Shown here: positions 29,060 to 37,866 of the stretch, piece by piece | How positions within the stretch are numbered: the stretch's first letter is position 1 | How the letters are laid out: each line of letters opens with the position of its first letter | Source: Candidatus Poseidoniaceae archaeon | GTDB lineage: Archaea; Thermoplasmatota; Poseidoniia; Poseidoniales; Poseidoniaceae | Direction of reading: 5' to 3' | DNA: 61,842 nucleotides | Assembly (NCBI GenBank): GCA_965662715.1 | Contig: CBFIIS010000002.1 | Span: 1-61,842 of the forward strand | Position numbers and translations under genes: made by a program | The notes under the pieces: generated by a model | Seen by the model: only the letters and a program-made list of their open reading frames with translations | What the model was told of the DNA's origin: nothing | Database searches by the model: none

Positions 29060-32000
29060 TTGATGACAGACCAAACGTTCGGTAAAGGCACTGAAAGGAA
29101 AGCAGTTTTCCTCGTGTTGTGCATGGTGCTCGCCATCATGCCACTCTCCAATGTTGCGGCCGAGGACCTTGGCAATCCAAGCAACCTCCAAGCACAAGAT
29201 ATCAGTGCAATGTTTGACCCTTCCAGTGAAACGACAACCATCACATGGCGAAACATCGACTATGATGGTTCAGTGCTGCAGGGGCTCTTCTCCGCTACCT
29301 ACAACGTCTACCGATCTGCGAGTCCAATCAACCAGTCTTCAATTGGCTCCCTCACACCATTTGTCGATGGAATCATCGCTTGTTCTTCTGTTGAAGTTCT
29401 CAATGATGCGTTCAAATGCCGTGGACTCAATGGTACGGTCGACTACCACACCGCCTCATTTTTGGTTCCACCCGGCGTCAATGGCACATTCCATTACGCC
29501 GTGACAACAACTCTTGGCGACGGAACAGAAATGCTTGATTTGGACATCAACGCCTCGGTTCTCGATGCTCCAATCCAAGAGACAACAACACCAATCCGTA
29601 CCCCATACAACCTTGTGGCAGACTTTGACCCAGAGCGCAGTGTCACGAGTTTGACATGGGTCAACTACAACGATATCTTCCCTATTCTGCCAGAAACTGG
29701 AGACGATGCTTACCAGATTAACATCTGGCGCACAGATTATCCGATCACTCGGGCGAACGGTGCTGATATGCTATCGACCACAGTGCCCATTGCGACCTAT
29801 CCAGCCGGCACTTCATCGGTTGAACTCACCATCCCAGAGAGCACAGATCGGGACGCTTACTATGCAGTGACCTACTTGTTGCCAAACTGGACGGCTCCAG
29901 GCGAAGATTACCAAGATGTTCGATTCCTTTCGAATAACGCTCTTACTTCATCTTTGGTTGAAGATAACATGCCGCCTTCTCAAGTCGGGATTATGTATGC
30001 ACAATTCGTTCCTAACCCTGACTCTGGCGGTGGAACGACAAACATCACATGGACGGATGTGCCAGATGAAACTGGTGAATCGTACCGCATTTACATGTCA
30101 GGCAATCCGTTTTCCACGATCCTCAGTTCCAGCGTGCAATTGATTGCCACCGTCTCAGAAGGCGTAGAGTCTTACGAATATCATGTTCCTACTGGCCGTC
30201 TTGGCTATGCATACTACTGTATCGTCACCGTCGATCTCTACGGTGTGCTTGATACCAACACAACCGTGAATTCTTGCCAAGAGTCGGTTTTTGAAGATGC
30301 ATTCACTCCATGGATTGCCGAACCAACACAAGTCCAGGCTGAGTTCATCGGTGATCGCACCACTCGGGTCACTTGGCAAGATCAACTCGGAGTCGAAGGT
30401 GAGCGGTATCACATTTGGCGGTCCAACTTCCGCGTGACCGGTGCCGAATTCGTTGCCAATCAATCCATGGAATGGCTTGGCTCCGTGAGCGACGGTGTGG
30501 GCTTTTTCGATGTGCTTCTTGACGCAGATATTCTTCGAGACAATGCTCACTATTACGTGACAACAGAGGCACTCTATGGCCACATCAATGGCACCTACAT
30601 GGACACCCGTCTGAATCAAAATCACTACGGTCCAATCTCCGAAGACACCCGCGCTCCAAATCCAGCTCGGATTAAGGAAGCCACATCACTCGGGGCACTG
30701 AATCAAATCACCTTGGAATGGTTCAACGAACCAGACGTCAATGAAGGCTACGAAATCTGGCGCCATTATGGAGCTCCTTTCGGTGAAAATGAAGATCAAA
30801 TTGGCAACATTGGCGATGATGGCTGGGAATTCGTTCTTGGTGACATCTCCCCCGGTGAAAGCACTGACAGCACTCTTGTTCGCCAACTACCAATCCCTGC
30901 TGGCGTTGATCGTGATGTTTGGTATGCGGTGATTATTGAAGACCAATGGAGCAATCAAAACCCTGAGATGTTCAATGGCATTGGTGGTAACGCAGTGAAA
31001 ATTAACGAGGACACGAAGTTCCCCGTTGCAAGCATGATTTTGCTTGATGAAGATGGAACAGCATTCCAAAGTCCATCACTGGTTTCAGGTTCCTATGTGG
31101 TTCAAATGGAGATTGATGAATACCTCCAAGGCAACCCATCCGTCAACATCACCACCATCGCAGGTGGCGATATCTCCGGTGGAGAGATCGAAATGAACAT
31201 GATTGCCGACAACAACAACGACCCTGATCGTGGTCCAGTCTATGCCTTCGAGTTCTTTGTTAGCCAGTCCACAATTGCTGGCGATATGGTCATCGAACTG
31301 ATTATGGAAGATGAATCTGGAAACACCATCAGTCAAATCTGGACCGATCGGGCAGTTGACGCAAAGCGGCCTACTGTGGAAATCTACTCTCCTTCCTCCG
31401 GTAATGACGGCTCAAAGTACCTTTATGGAAATTCAATACAAGTCCTTGCAGGAGCGACCGACGACGTGCTGATCACCTCGTTCCAGTACAAGTTCACCTA
31501 CAACTATGGTACCGGTAATTCTCAAACGACGCCTTGGTCAGAATCAACCACGGTCACCGACCTCGATGGTGATGGCCGTTCGATGGTTCTTGACATGGAA
31601 TTCTCAGCAGGAAACTTTGAGCCTGGACAACACGCTGTGTTTGTCCGAGCTGTTGACTCCGCAGGAAATGAAGTGTCCAAGAACGTGGTGTTCGTCGTCG
31701 ATCAGTGTCGAAACCGTTTGGATGGTACAACATCGTGTAATTATGTCGAGGCCCTTCAACCGGAACCAGAACCGATCGTCATTACCCCATCAATGTCGGA
31801 TCCACCATATGTGTTGGTCTGGGTTCTCACTGGCGTCTTTGTGATGTCATTGATTGTCATGGCTTTGATTATTCAAACCAGTATGTCTGGTCCAAAGAAG
31901 AAGAAATCGAAGGGCGATGAAGATGGTGAAGATGATGATTGGATGGCTGAATTCATCGGAACCTCGCAAGATCTTGACATGGCCGCGGTCACAGATACGA

Positions 32001-32293
32001 GTGGCGGCGAGAAGAAGGAAGTTCCAGAAGTCGCCGAAGTTGAGGAAGAAGACGATCCGTTTGCAGTTAACGTCGTTCAACGCAAGACACGCAACAAGAA
32101 GGCCGCAGTCGAAGAAGAGGAGGACGATGAGGATGAGGATGACATGTTCAACTGGAATGACGATGACGACGATGACGACGAGGAGGAGGAAGAACCTGCT
32201 CCAGTCGCGAAGAAGCGCACCGTAGGTCGTCGCGCAGCACCACGTAAGGCGCCAGCCCGCCGAAAGGTTGGGCGTGCAAAAAAGGATGATTGA
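29060..32293 (+). CDS. Large type-I membrane surface protein with FN3-like repeats and a highly charged cytoplasmic tail
   Basis: 1,077 aa. Signal/anchor VFLVLCMVLAIMPLSNVAA. At least five modules of the type T-x-[ILV]-T-W ... Y-x-[IV]-[WY]-R: TTITWRN..YNVYRS, TSLTWVN..YQINIWRT, TNITWTD..YRIYMS, TRVTWQD..YHIWRS, ITLEWFN..YEIWRH. TM helix YVLVWVLTGVFVMSLIVMALII. The ~140-aa tail has KKKKSK, a poly-D/E run (DDDDDDDEEEEE) and a terminal K/R-rich stretch. Confidence 0.8.
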   Translation: MMTDQTFGKGTERKAVFLVLCMVLAIMPLSNVAAEDLGNPSNLQAQDISAMFDPSSETTTITWRNIDYDGSVLQGLFSATYNVYRSASPINQSSIGSLTPFVDGIIACSSVEVLNDAFKCRGLNGTVDYHTASFLVPPGVNGTFHYAVTTTLGDGTEMLDLDINASVLDAPIQETTTPIRTPYNLVADFDPERSVTSLTWVNYNDIFPILPETGDDAYQINIWRTDYPITRANGADMLSTTVPIATYPAGTSSVELTIPESTDRDAYYAVTYLLPNWTAPGEDYQDVRFLSNNALTSSLVEDNMPPSQVGIMYAQFVPNPDSGGGTTNITWTDVPDETGESYRIYMSGNPFSTILSSSVQLIATVSEGVESYEYHVPTGRLGYAYYCIVTVDLYGVLDTNTTVNSCQESVFEDAFTPWIAEPTQVQAEFIGDRTTRVTWQDQLGVEGERYHIWRSNFRVTGAEFVANQSMEWLGSVSDGVGFFDVLLDADILRDNAHYYVTTEALYGHINGTYMDTRLNQNHYGPISEDTRAPNPARIKEATSLGALNQITLEWFNEPDVNEGYEIWRHYGAPFGENEDQIGNIGDDGWEFVLGDISPGESTDSTLVRQLPIPAGVDRDVWYAVIIEDQWSNQNPEMFNGIGGNAVKINEDTKFPVASMILLDEDGTAFQSPSLVSGSYVVQMEIDEYLQGNPSVNITTIAGGDISGGEIEMNMIADNNNDPDRGPVYAFEFFVSQSTIAGDMVIELIMEDESGNTISQIWTDRAVDAKRPTVEIYSPSSGNDGSKYLYGNSIQVLAGATDDVLITSFQYKFTYNYGTGNSQTTPWSESTTVTDLDGDGRSMVLDMEFSAGNFEPGQHAVFVRAVDSAGNEVSKNVVFVVDQCRNRLDGTTSCNYVEALQPEPEPIVITPSMSDPPYVLVWVLTGVFVMSLIVMALIIQTSMSGPKKKKSKGDEDGEDDDWMAEFIGTSQDLDMAAVTDTSGGEKKEVPEVAEVEEEDDPFAVNVVQRKTRNKKAAVEEEEDDEDEDDMFNWNDDDDDDDEEEEEPAPVAKKRTVGRRAAPRKAPARRKVGRAKKDD

Positions 32294-32344
32294 CGCTCCA
32301 GTTTATGCGGTGGACTCAAGGCCTCTTGCAGGCTGCAATTGAGC

Positions 32345-33520
32345 ATGGGCGATTCCGCTACTTCGAATGAGGCCACCAAGGACGAACCTTCAGAACACAC
32401 CGAGGTTGCCTTTGACAATCTTCTTGATTCATTCAATCCAATGAAAAACAAACTGAACTGGCTCTTACTTGCTGCTCCAGTTGCCCTCTTCATGAACCAC
32501 CAGCACAATGTTGCCCTTGCGTTTATGTTCTCAATGGTTGCCATCATGCCATTGGCATTCCTCATGGGCAAAGCAACCGAAGAGATTGCTTTGAGAACAG
32601 GAGAAGCCATTGGTGGTCTTCTCAACGCTACCTTTGGAAATGCAGTGGAGATGATAATCGCAGGTCTTGCTCTCTATGCTGCTTCGAAATCAACGAATCA
32701 AGCGACGATCGATACGATGATCGAAGTAACGCAGGCCTCCTTGATTGGTTCCATCCTTGGAAACCTCTTGCTTGTGCTGGGTCTTGCCATGGTTTGGGGG
32801 GGTGTCAACCACAAGATTCAGCATTTCAACAAGGATGCTGGCCAGATGAACGGCTCGTTATTGCTGCTGGCTATTTTGGCCCTCATTATTCCAAGCGCTG
32901 TGGGCCTGATGGGCATCGACACAGGTGATGCGATTCGAGACATTTCTCGCTTTGCTGCGATTATCATTCTCATCATCTACGGACTTGCTCTTCTCTTCCA
33001 ACTGAAAACCCACGTTGATGTCTTTGCAGCGGAAGCTGGCCACGGTACTCATGAGCACCCAACCATGAGCATCAAGGACGCATGGATCTTACTCATTCTT
33101 TCAACGGCTTTTGTTGGCTGGATGGCACACATCCTCGTCCATAACCTCGAGGGTGCTGTCCATGATTTGGGCGTTCCTGAATTGTTTGTAGGCGTGATCT
33201 TATTGCCATTCTTTGGCAATGCTGCTGAGCACTTTGCAGCCGTCATCGTTGCTGGCAAAGATAAAATGGATTTGGCGATAGCGATCGCTATTGGTTCGAG
33301 TGTCCAAATCGCTCTTTTTGTTGCACCCGTCATGGTTCTATTGGCCTGGGTTCTCAGTGTTGATTTGACGCTTGAATTCGGCGTGTTGGAAACTGCAGCG
33401 ACCTTCATTTCTGTGCTTGTAGCAAACTCGATTCTTTCCGATGGGAAAACCAACTGGCTTGAAGGCGCCATGCTTCTTGCAAGCTACATCATTCTTGGTG
33501 CGGCTTTCTTTATGATTTGA
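32345..33520 (+). CDS. Ca2+/cation:H+ antiporter (CaCA/CAX family)
   Basis: ORF 32339 (TTG)..33520; first ATG at 32345. Both alpha-repeat signatures are present (GNAVEMIIAG and GNAAEHFAAVIVAG). About 10-11 TM helices. Confidence 0.85.
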   Translation: MGDSATSNEATKDEPSEHTEVAFDNLLDSFNPMKNKLNWLLLAAPVALFMNHQHNVALAFMFSMVAIMPLAFLMGKATEEIALRTGEAIGGLLNATFGNAVEMIIAGLALYAASKSTNQATIDTMIEVTQASLIGSILGNLLLVLGLAMVWGGVNHKIQHFNKDAGQMNGSLLLLAILALIIPSAVGLMGIDTGDAIRDISRFAAIIILIIYGLALLFQLKTHVDVFAAEAGHGTHEHPTMSIKDAWILLILSTAFVGWMAHILVHNLEGAVHDLGVPELFVGVILLPFFGNAAEHFAAVIVAGKDKMDLAIAIAIGSSVQIALFVAPVMVLLAWVLSVDLTLEFGVLETAATFISVLVANSILSDGKTNWLEGAMLLASYIILGAAFFMI

Positions 33521-33532
33521 GGAAGTGAGGGC

Positions 33533-34072
33533 ATGAAAAAGACAGGATTGGCTCTTATCGTTGTCTCCACCCTTTTGCTGCTGGGTGGCACAGTTGGATA
33601 CACTTTGGAAGGAACCGTTGATGATGTACCGACGCCAAACGTACAAGGCTTGGTGTTCTTCTCTGACGATGCGCTTCCAGGCAACCCCGCTTCCCTTGTC
33701 ATCAATGCAGATACGAACATAAAATGGGACAGAGATGATGTCTTTCTCGTCATCGCTGACGGTGGCAAGAAGAAGCAATGCGATGACATAGCAGAAAATG
33801 GTGGTGTTCTCAGCGGATTCGATACCAACAGCAAGACCTGTACATATGGTGATGAAGGTTACGTGGCTGCTGGTGATGACGAAGTCGAAGGCCTTGATTG
33901 GCGAGTTGAATCGGGTGAATTCTTTGCAGGAATTGGAACAAAAGAAGGTGTGCTTCCAGAAGGAACTGAACTCAATCTCAATTATTCAATCAACCTCACC
34001 CTAAGCGCAGCAGGTTATCTCTTCGTTATCATCGCAGAAGGAGCTGGTATCCTTCTTATTCGACAGCAATAA
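33533..34072 (+). CDS. Hypothetical bitopic protein (N-terminal signal/anchor, C-terminal TM)
   Basis: 179 aa. MKKTGLALIVVSTLLLLGG at the N-terminus and AAGYLFVIIAEGAGILLI at the C-terminus. Starts 12 nt after the antiporter gene (possible co-transcription). Confidence 0.55.
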   Translation: MKKTGLALIVVSTLLLLGGTVGYTLEGTVDDVPTPNVQGLVFFSDDALPGNPASLVINADTNIKWDRDDVFLVIADGGKKKQCDDIAENGGVLSGFDTNSKTCTYGDEGYVAAGDDEVEGLDWRVESGEFFAGIGTKEGVLPEGTELNLNYSINLTLSAAGYLFVIIAEGAGILLIRQQ

Positions 34073-34074
34073 CT

Positions 34075-35403
34075 TCATTCGAGTCCATCGTAATACGACT
34101 GCACGGCAAGATCCAGTTCGGTCCAAGCTTGTCGCTCATCAATCGAGGTGGTGATTCCATCATACCTGAGCGCTTGACCATCGACCCATAGGTCAAGGCA
34201 TGTTGCTCCATTGAACAAAAGGTTGGTGATATGGCGGTTTTTCGAGCGACCAACAGGGCGCATTCGTATGTCATCGATGTCCCATACAGCCCAATCTTTG
34301 CTACCTTTGGTGGCCATCTGGAATGCATCATGTGCGGTCATCAGCGTTGGGTCCCAATGGTCATGGCGTTGTACGAGAGCAGCCAATCGTGCCTCAGCAA
34401 GTAAATCCAAGCCGCTCCCCGAGGAGGCTGCACCATCTGTTCCGAGGCGAACATCGACACCTGCTTCATTGTAAGCAGGTAAGGAAAGCGTGCCGCCGCA
34501 GGCCAATTTCATATTGGAAGAAGGACAGTGGACGGCTGTAACATCGTGTTGGGCCAGTGTACGAATTTCGTTTTTCTTGACCCATGAGGCGTGAGCACAC
34601 ACCGTTCCCGGCTTGAAGAAGTCCAAACTGTCGAGGTATTCGACAGGATACATTCCGGTTTTCTCATGGCATTCTGCTACTTCTTTCCTTGTCTCACTGA
34701 CATGGATGTGCAAGCGTCCATTGCGGCGCTCTGCCAATTCAGATGCTCTTCGCAAGGTCTCTTCGCTGCACAGATAGACTGAGTGGGTGGCGATGGCGTA
34801 TTGGATGTGATCAAGCGGAGATTGATTCTTGAGCAGACCATCGAGTTCATCCAGCGCAGATTTAGCGTCCTCATGTGATGGCAGTGCTGCATCACTCACT
34901 GGCCCTCCAATCAATCCTCGTAGACCCGCATCTTCGAGCACCTTTCCGGTAACTGCGGGATAGAAGTACATGTCCGCCGCAAATGAACTCCCAGTTTTGA
35001 TCATCTCTGCAGCCGCAGCTTGGGATCCAACGCGAACAAATTCAGGTGTAATCTTTGCTTCGGTAGGAAATATTGCTTCATTTAGCCAACGATGAAGTGG
35101 AAATCCATCACTAAAATCTCGTGCATTCAATTGCATGGCAAGGTGTGTGTGCCAGTTTTGTAAACTTCGCGTGATGAGTCGGTTGGAACCATCCACATCC
35201 TGTTTGACATCTTCGTCACCATTGGAGACAGACCATGCCCCGTCACTGTGCAAAAGCACATCACCGAGGTGCTTCTTTCCGCTTTCATCAACAAGCACCG
35301 TGTTGCGATACCTCACCGCAGCATCGTCGCCCATGAATGGTGGTGGTGGCGCCCCCTCATCAACGCTGGCCTCCCAACCGTCTTGCTTATGTTCACAAGC
35401 CAC
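34075..35403 (-). CDS. Amidohydrolase, MtaD/chlorohydrolase-type nucleoside or nucleobase deaminase
   Basis: 442 aa. Metal-ligand contexts NWHTHLAM, LHIHVSETRKE, VHCPSSNMKL, LGTDGAASS, typical of 5-methylthioadenosine/SAH deaminase-like enzymes. Confidence 0.75.
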   Translation of the reverse strand: MACEHKQDGWEASVDEGAPPPPFMGDDAAVRYRNTVLVDESGKKHLGDVLLHSDGAWSVSNGDEDVKQDVDGSNRLITRSLQNWHTHLAMQLNARDFSDGFPLHRWLNEAIFPTEAKITPEFVRVGSQAAAAEMIKTGSSFAADMYFYPAVTGKVLEDAGLRGLIGGPVSDAALPSHEDAKSALDELDGLLKNQSPLDHIQYAIATHSVYLCSEETLRRASELAERRNGRLHIHVSETRKEVAECHEKTGMYPVEYLDSLDFFKPGTVCAHASWVKKNEIRTLAQHDVTAVHCPSSNMKLACGGTLSLPAYNEAGVDVRLGTDGAASSGSGLDLLAEARLAALVQRHDHWDPTLMTAHDAFQMATKGSKDWAVWDIDDIRMRPVGRSKNRHITNLLFNGATCLDLWVDGQALRYDGITTSIDERQAWTELDLAVQSYYDGLE

Positions 35404-35417
35404 CGCCCGTCACATAC

Positions 35418-35493
35418 GCCACTGTGGCTTAGCTGGTATAGCACCTGATTCGTAATCAGGAGGTCGGGAGTTCGAACCTCCCCAGTGGCTCCA
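35418..35493 (+). tRNA. tRNA-Thr (anticodon CGT) with encoded CCA
   Basis: Hand fold: acceptor GCCACTG/CAGTGGC, D arm GCT..AGC with loop AGCTGGTA, anticodon stem CCTGA/TCAGG with loop TTCGTAA, variable AGGTC, T arm GGGAG-TTCGAAC-CTCCC, discriminator T, CCA at 35491-35493. Confidence 0.9.
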
Positions 35494-35495
35494 CA

Positions 35496-36755
35496 TTACT
35501 GATTGTTGATCGAAGATTCGGGCTTCATTGAGAAGGCTTTAGCGCTGGCTTCAAGGCTTGCTACAGCGGGCAAACTACGTCCGGAGATGTAGTCAAGGCA
35601 AGCACCTCCACCAGTCGAGACATGACCCATCTTTGAGGCAAGGTTTCGCTTCATGATGAGGGTTGCAGTATGTCCGCCGCCAACAACAACGTAGGCATCA
35701 GATTCTGCACATGCGTTGAGCATCTCAATGGTCCCAAGTGCAAAATCAGGCAATTCAAAGACACCAGCAGGCCCGTTCAGATGGACGGTTCCTGCTGCTT
35801 TGATTGCCATTGAGAGGTTTCGAATTGATTGGATGCCTAAATCAAAGATTGGGGCTGAAACCGGCAGTTGCTCAAGGGGCAGATCCACCCGGTTATCTGC
35901 GACGTTTGCAGCGACGTCAACTGGAAGTCGGATGTGCTCAGAGAAGTCAAGGAGCAATGATTTGGCCTTCTCCACAGTGGGGTTCCATTGCTTGCCAAGT
36001 TCACCCACCAGGAAGTCATGGTTGACTAAACCGATGTCGTGGCCGACCAATTCGAGCATGAGGTTCGCCACGCCACCGGTCACCCAGACCTCGTCGCATA
36101 TGTTGTTTCGAAGCATATTATCGGCGACGGCAATTGAATCATCGACCTTCACGCCACCAAGCACGGCGATGCACGGGCGAGCAGGATTTTCGAGAGCTCT
36201 GTCGAGTTTTCGTATTTCATTTGCCATCAGTTCACCAGCGACACATGGAATGAGGTTTGTGAATCCGACACCTGATGGTGTTGCACGGTGGGCACAGGCA
36301 AAAGCATCGTAGACATACAGGTCTGCAACGCTTGCTAACTTCTGAACCATTTGTGTTTCAGCCATGACATCAAAGGTGCCTTTGGTCTTGATTTCTTCAT
36401 CGTACATTCTGACGTTGTTGAGCATGAGGATCTCGCCGACCCCGAGGCTTTCAATGGCAGCCATCGCCTTGTCTCCTGCGAGGTCCTCAACCCATTTCAC
36501 AGGCCGTCCAAGGATCCTTCCAAGTTCTCTAGAGTGGCCTAAGGTGCTTGTGAAATCTTTTTTGCCAGGCCTAGATTGATGTGCAAGGAGCACGACCTTA
36601 GCCTTTGAAAGACGATTGAGTGTTGGTACAATGGCCTTGATTCTTGTGTCATCCAAGAAGGATTGGTCCGGTGCCATCGGAGAATTGATGTCCACACGAA
36701 CGATGACTGTGCGCCCTTCAACATTGACATGTTCGAGGGTCAGAACACTCGCCAT
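35496..36755 (-). CDS. pgk: Phosphoglycerate kinase (archaeal type)
   Basis: ORF extends to 36791. Start placed at ATG 36755 (MASVLTLEHVNVEGRTVIVRVDINSP). LLAHQSRPG and the C-terminal VSTGGGA motif. Confidence 0.88.
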   Translation of the reverse strand: MASVLTLEHVNVEGRTVIVRVDINSPMAPDQSFLDDTRIKAIVPTLNRLSKAKVVLLAHQSRPGKKDFTSTLGHSRELGRILGRPVKWVEDLAGDKAMAAIESLGVGEILMLNNVRMYDEEIKTKGTFDVMAETQMVQKLASVADLYVYDAFACAHRATPSGVGFTNLIPCVAGELMANEIRKLDRALENPARPCIAVLGGVKVDDSIAVADNMLRNNICDEVWVTGGVANLMLELVGHDIGLVNHDFLVGELGKQWNPTVEKAKSLLLDFSEHIRLPVDVAANVADNRVDLPLEQLPVSAPIFDLGIQSIRNLSMAIKAAGTVHLNGPAGVFELPDFALGTIEMLNACAESDAYVVVGGGHTATLIMKRNLASKMGHVSTGGGACLDYISGRSLPAVASLEASAKAFSMKPESSINNQ

Positions 36756-36791
36756 TACACACTCCAAGTGTCGCCGGTTTTTCATCCCCAC

Positions 36792-37087
36792 GCATCAAAT
36801 CCACCCTTCGTGGTCATCCATAACCACTTGCAAACCGCGCGTCTTTGGCCGGTCAGTTGTCCGAAAGGTGATATAGCCGCGAACACCGCTTCCGAAGGAT
36901 GGCGCGCGAAGCACCCGAAAGGGACACATCGCTGGAGGGGGCACGCCGTCGCGCCAGCACGAGCACCTCGTCGTTTGGCGTTTCACGACGAGAAGGCCAC
37001 GACGCTTCCACCTACTATGGAAGCAGAGTGAACGAGGGATTGGTCTCAAGCCGTGAGGTCGGTGAAGAACAACCACTTCCCCCGACG
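36792..37087 (+). other. GC-rich, hairpin-dense segment: candidate structured RNA or 5' leader, or alternatively an Arg-rich N-terminal extension of the methyltransferase
   Basis: 44 of 60 nt are G/C in 36901-36960. Hairpins: CC-GAAA-GG (36861-36868), CCC-GAAA-GGG (36914-36923), long-range TGGCGCG/CGCGCCA (36900-36906 with 36950-36956), perfect 8-bp CTCGTCGT/ACGACGAG (36967-36974 with 36985-36992), GCTTCC/GGAAGC (37004-37009 with 37019-37024), GTCGG-GAAG/CTTC-CCGAC (37058-37086, ending 1 nt before ATG 37088). ORFs are open in several frames here, as expected for GC-rich non-coding sequence. Confidence 0.3.
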
Positions 37088-37855
37088 ATGGCCAATAGCA
37101 TCATCGCTGGAGATTCCCGAAACCTCGACTTGCCAAATAACTGCGTTCACCTTGTCGTGACCTCGCCGCCCTACAACGCCAGCAAAGAATACGACGAAGA
37201 CCTCTCTCTTGGTGAATACCTCGATCTTCTCCATGGCGTCTTCGCAGAATGCTACCGGGTCCTTGCCCCTGGGGGTCGAATGGTGATCAATGTCGCTAAC
37301 CTTGGGCGCAAGCCCTACATTCCACTTTCAAGTCACATCAACGTCATGATGAGTGAGATTGGATTTTTGATGCGCGGTGAAATCATTTGGGACAAATCAG
37401 CAAGTGCTGGATCCTCTTGTGCTTGGGGTTCATTCCAAAGTGCAAGCAATCCGTGTTTACGTGATGTTCATGAATACCTCTTGGTGTTCTCAAAAGGCGA
37501 TTACAAACTTAAGCGTGACAAAAAAGAGCGGGCTGAAGGACGTATTGACACAATTCCAAGAGACGATTTCATCAAGCACACGAAATCGATTTGGTCATTT
37601 CCAACAGAACGTGCTTCACGCGTGAACCATCCAGCGCCATTCCCAGTTGAACTTCCAAAACGTTGCATCGAGATGTACAGCTTTGTCGGCGATGTCGTGC
37701 TTGATCCCTTCAATGGCTCAGGTTCGACGTGTGTGGCAGCAAAAACAACTGGACGAACATATGTTGGTGTCGACCTCTCAACAGCCTACTGCGAAATTGC
37801 AGAGCAACGAGTTCAATCGGCTGAAGCGTGGGTTGCACCCGAAGTACAGGTGTGA
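37088..37855 (+). CDS. DNA methyltransferase, beta-class (motif IV before motif I); the SPPY motif favours N4-cytosine specificity
   Basis: ORF 36899..37855. Conserved region begins at ATG 37088 (MANSIIAGDSRNLDLPNNCVHLVVTSPPYNASKEYDE). AdoMet motif I near the C-terminus (VVLDPFNGSGSTCVAA). No restriction endonuclease candidate adjacent. Confidence 0.8.
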   Translation: MANSIIAGDSRNLDLPNNCVHLVVTSPPYNASKEYDEDLSLGEYLDLLHGVFAECYRVLAPGGRMVINVANLGRKPYIPLSSHINVMMSEIGFLMRGEIIWDKSASAGSSCAWGSFQSASNPCLRDVHEYLLVFSKGDYKLKRDKKERAEGRIDTIPRDDFIKHTKSIWSFPTERASRVNHPAPFPVELPKRCIEMYSFVGDVVLDPFNGSGSTCVAAKTTGRTYVGVDLSTAYCEIAEQRVQSAEAWVAPEVQV

Positions 37856-37866
37856 TTTTCTTCGCT

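Noticed and set aside
32077-32625. 182-aa minus-strand ORF containing a poly-Ser run
   Set aside because: The poly-Ser run is simply the antisense reading of the poly-Asp/Glu tract at the 3' end of 29060..32293. The ORF also overlaps the CaCA antiporter start.
35716-36312. 198-aa plus-strand ORF inside pgk
   Set aside because: It is antisense to a confidently identified phosphoglycerate kinase. Its Ser/Arg/Pro-rich composition is typical of a shadow frame.
36792-37087. A known structured RNA (SRP RNA, RNase P RNA, 5S rRNA or tRNA) in the GC-rich segment
   Set aside because: The hallmarks I looked for were not present. There is no GNAR-capped helix-8 motif preceding GGAAGCAG, no GAGGAAAGUCC-type RNase P CR-I, no T-loop GTTCRANTC, and no 5S loop C/E pattern. 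The segment is kept only as an unclassified structured-RNA candidate.
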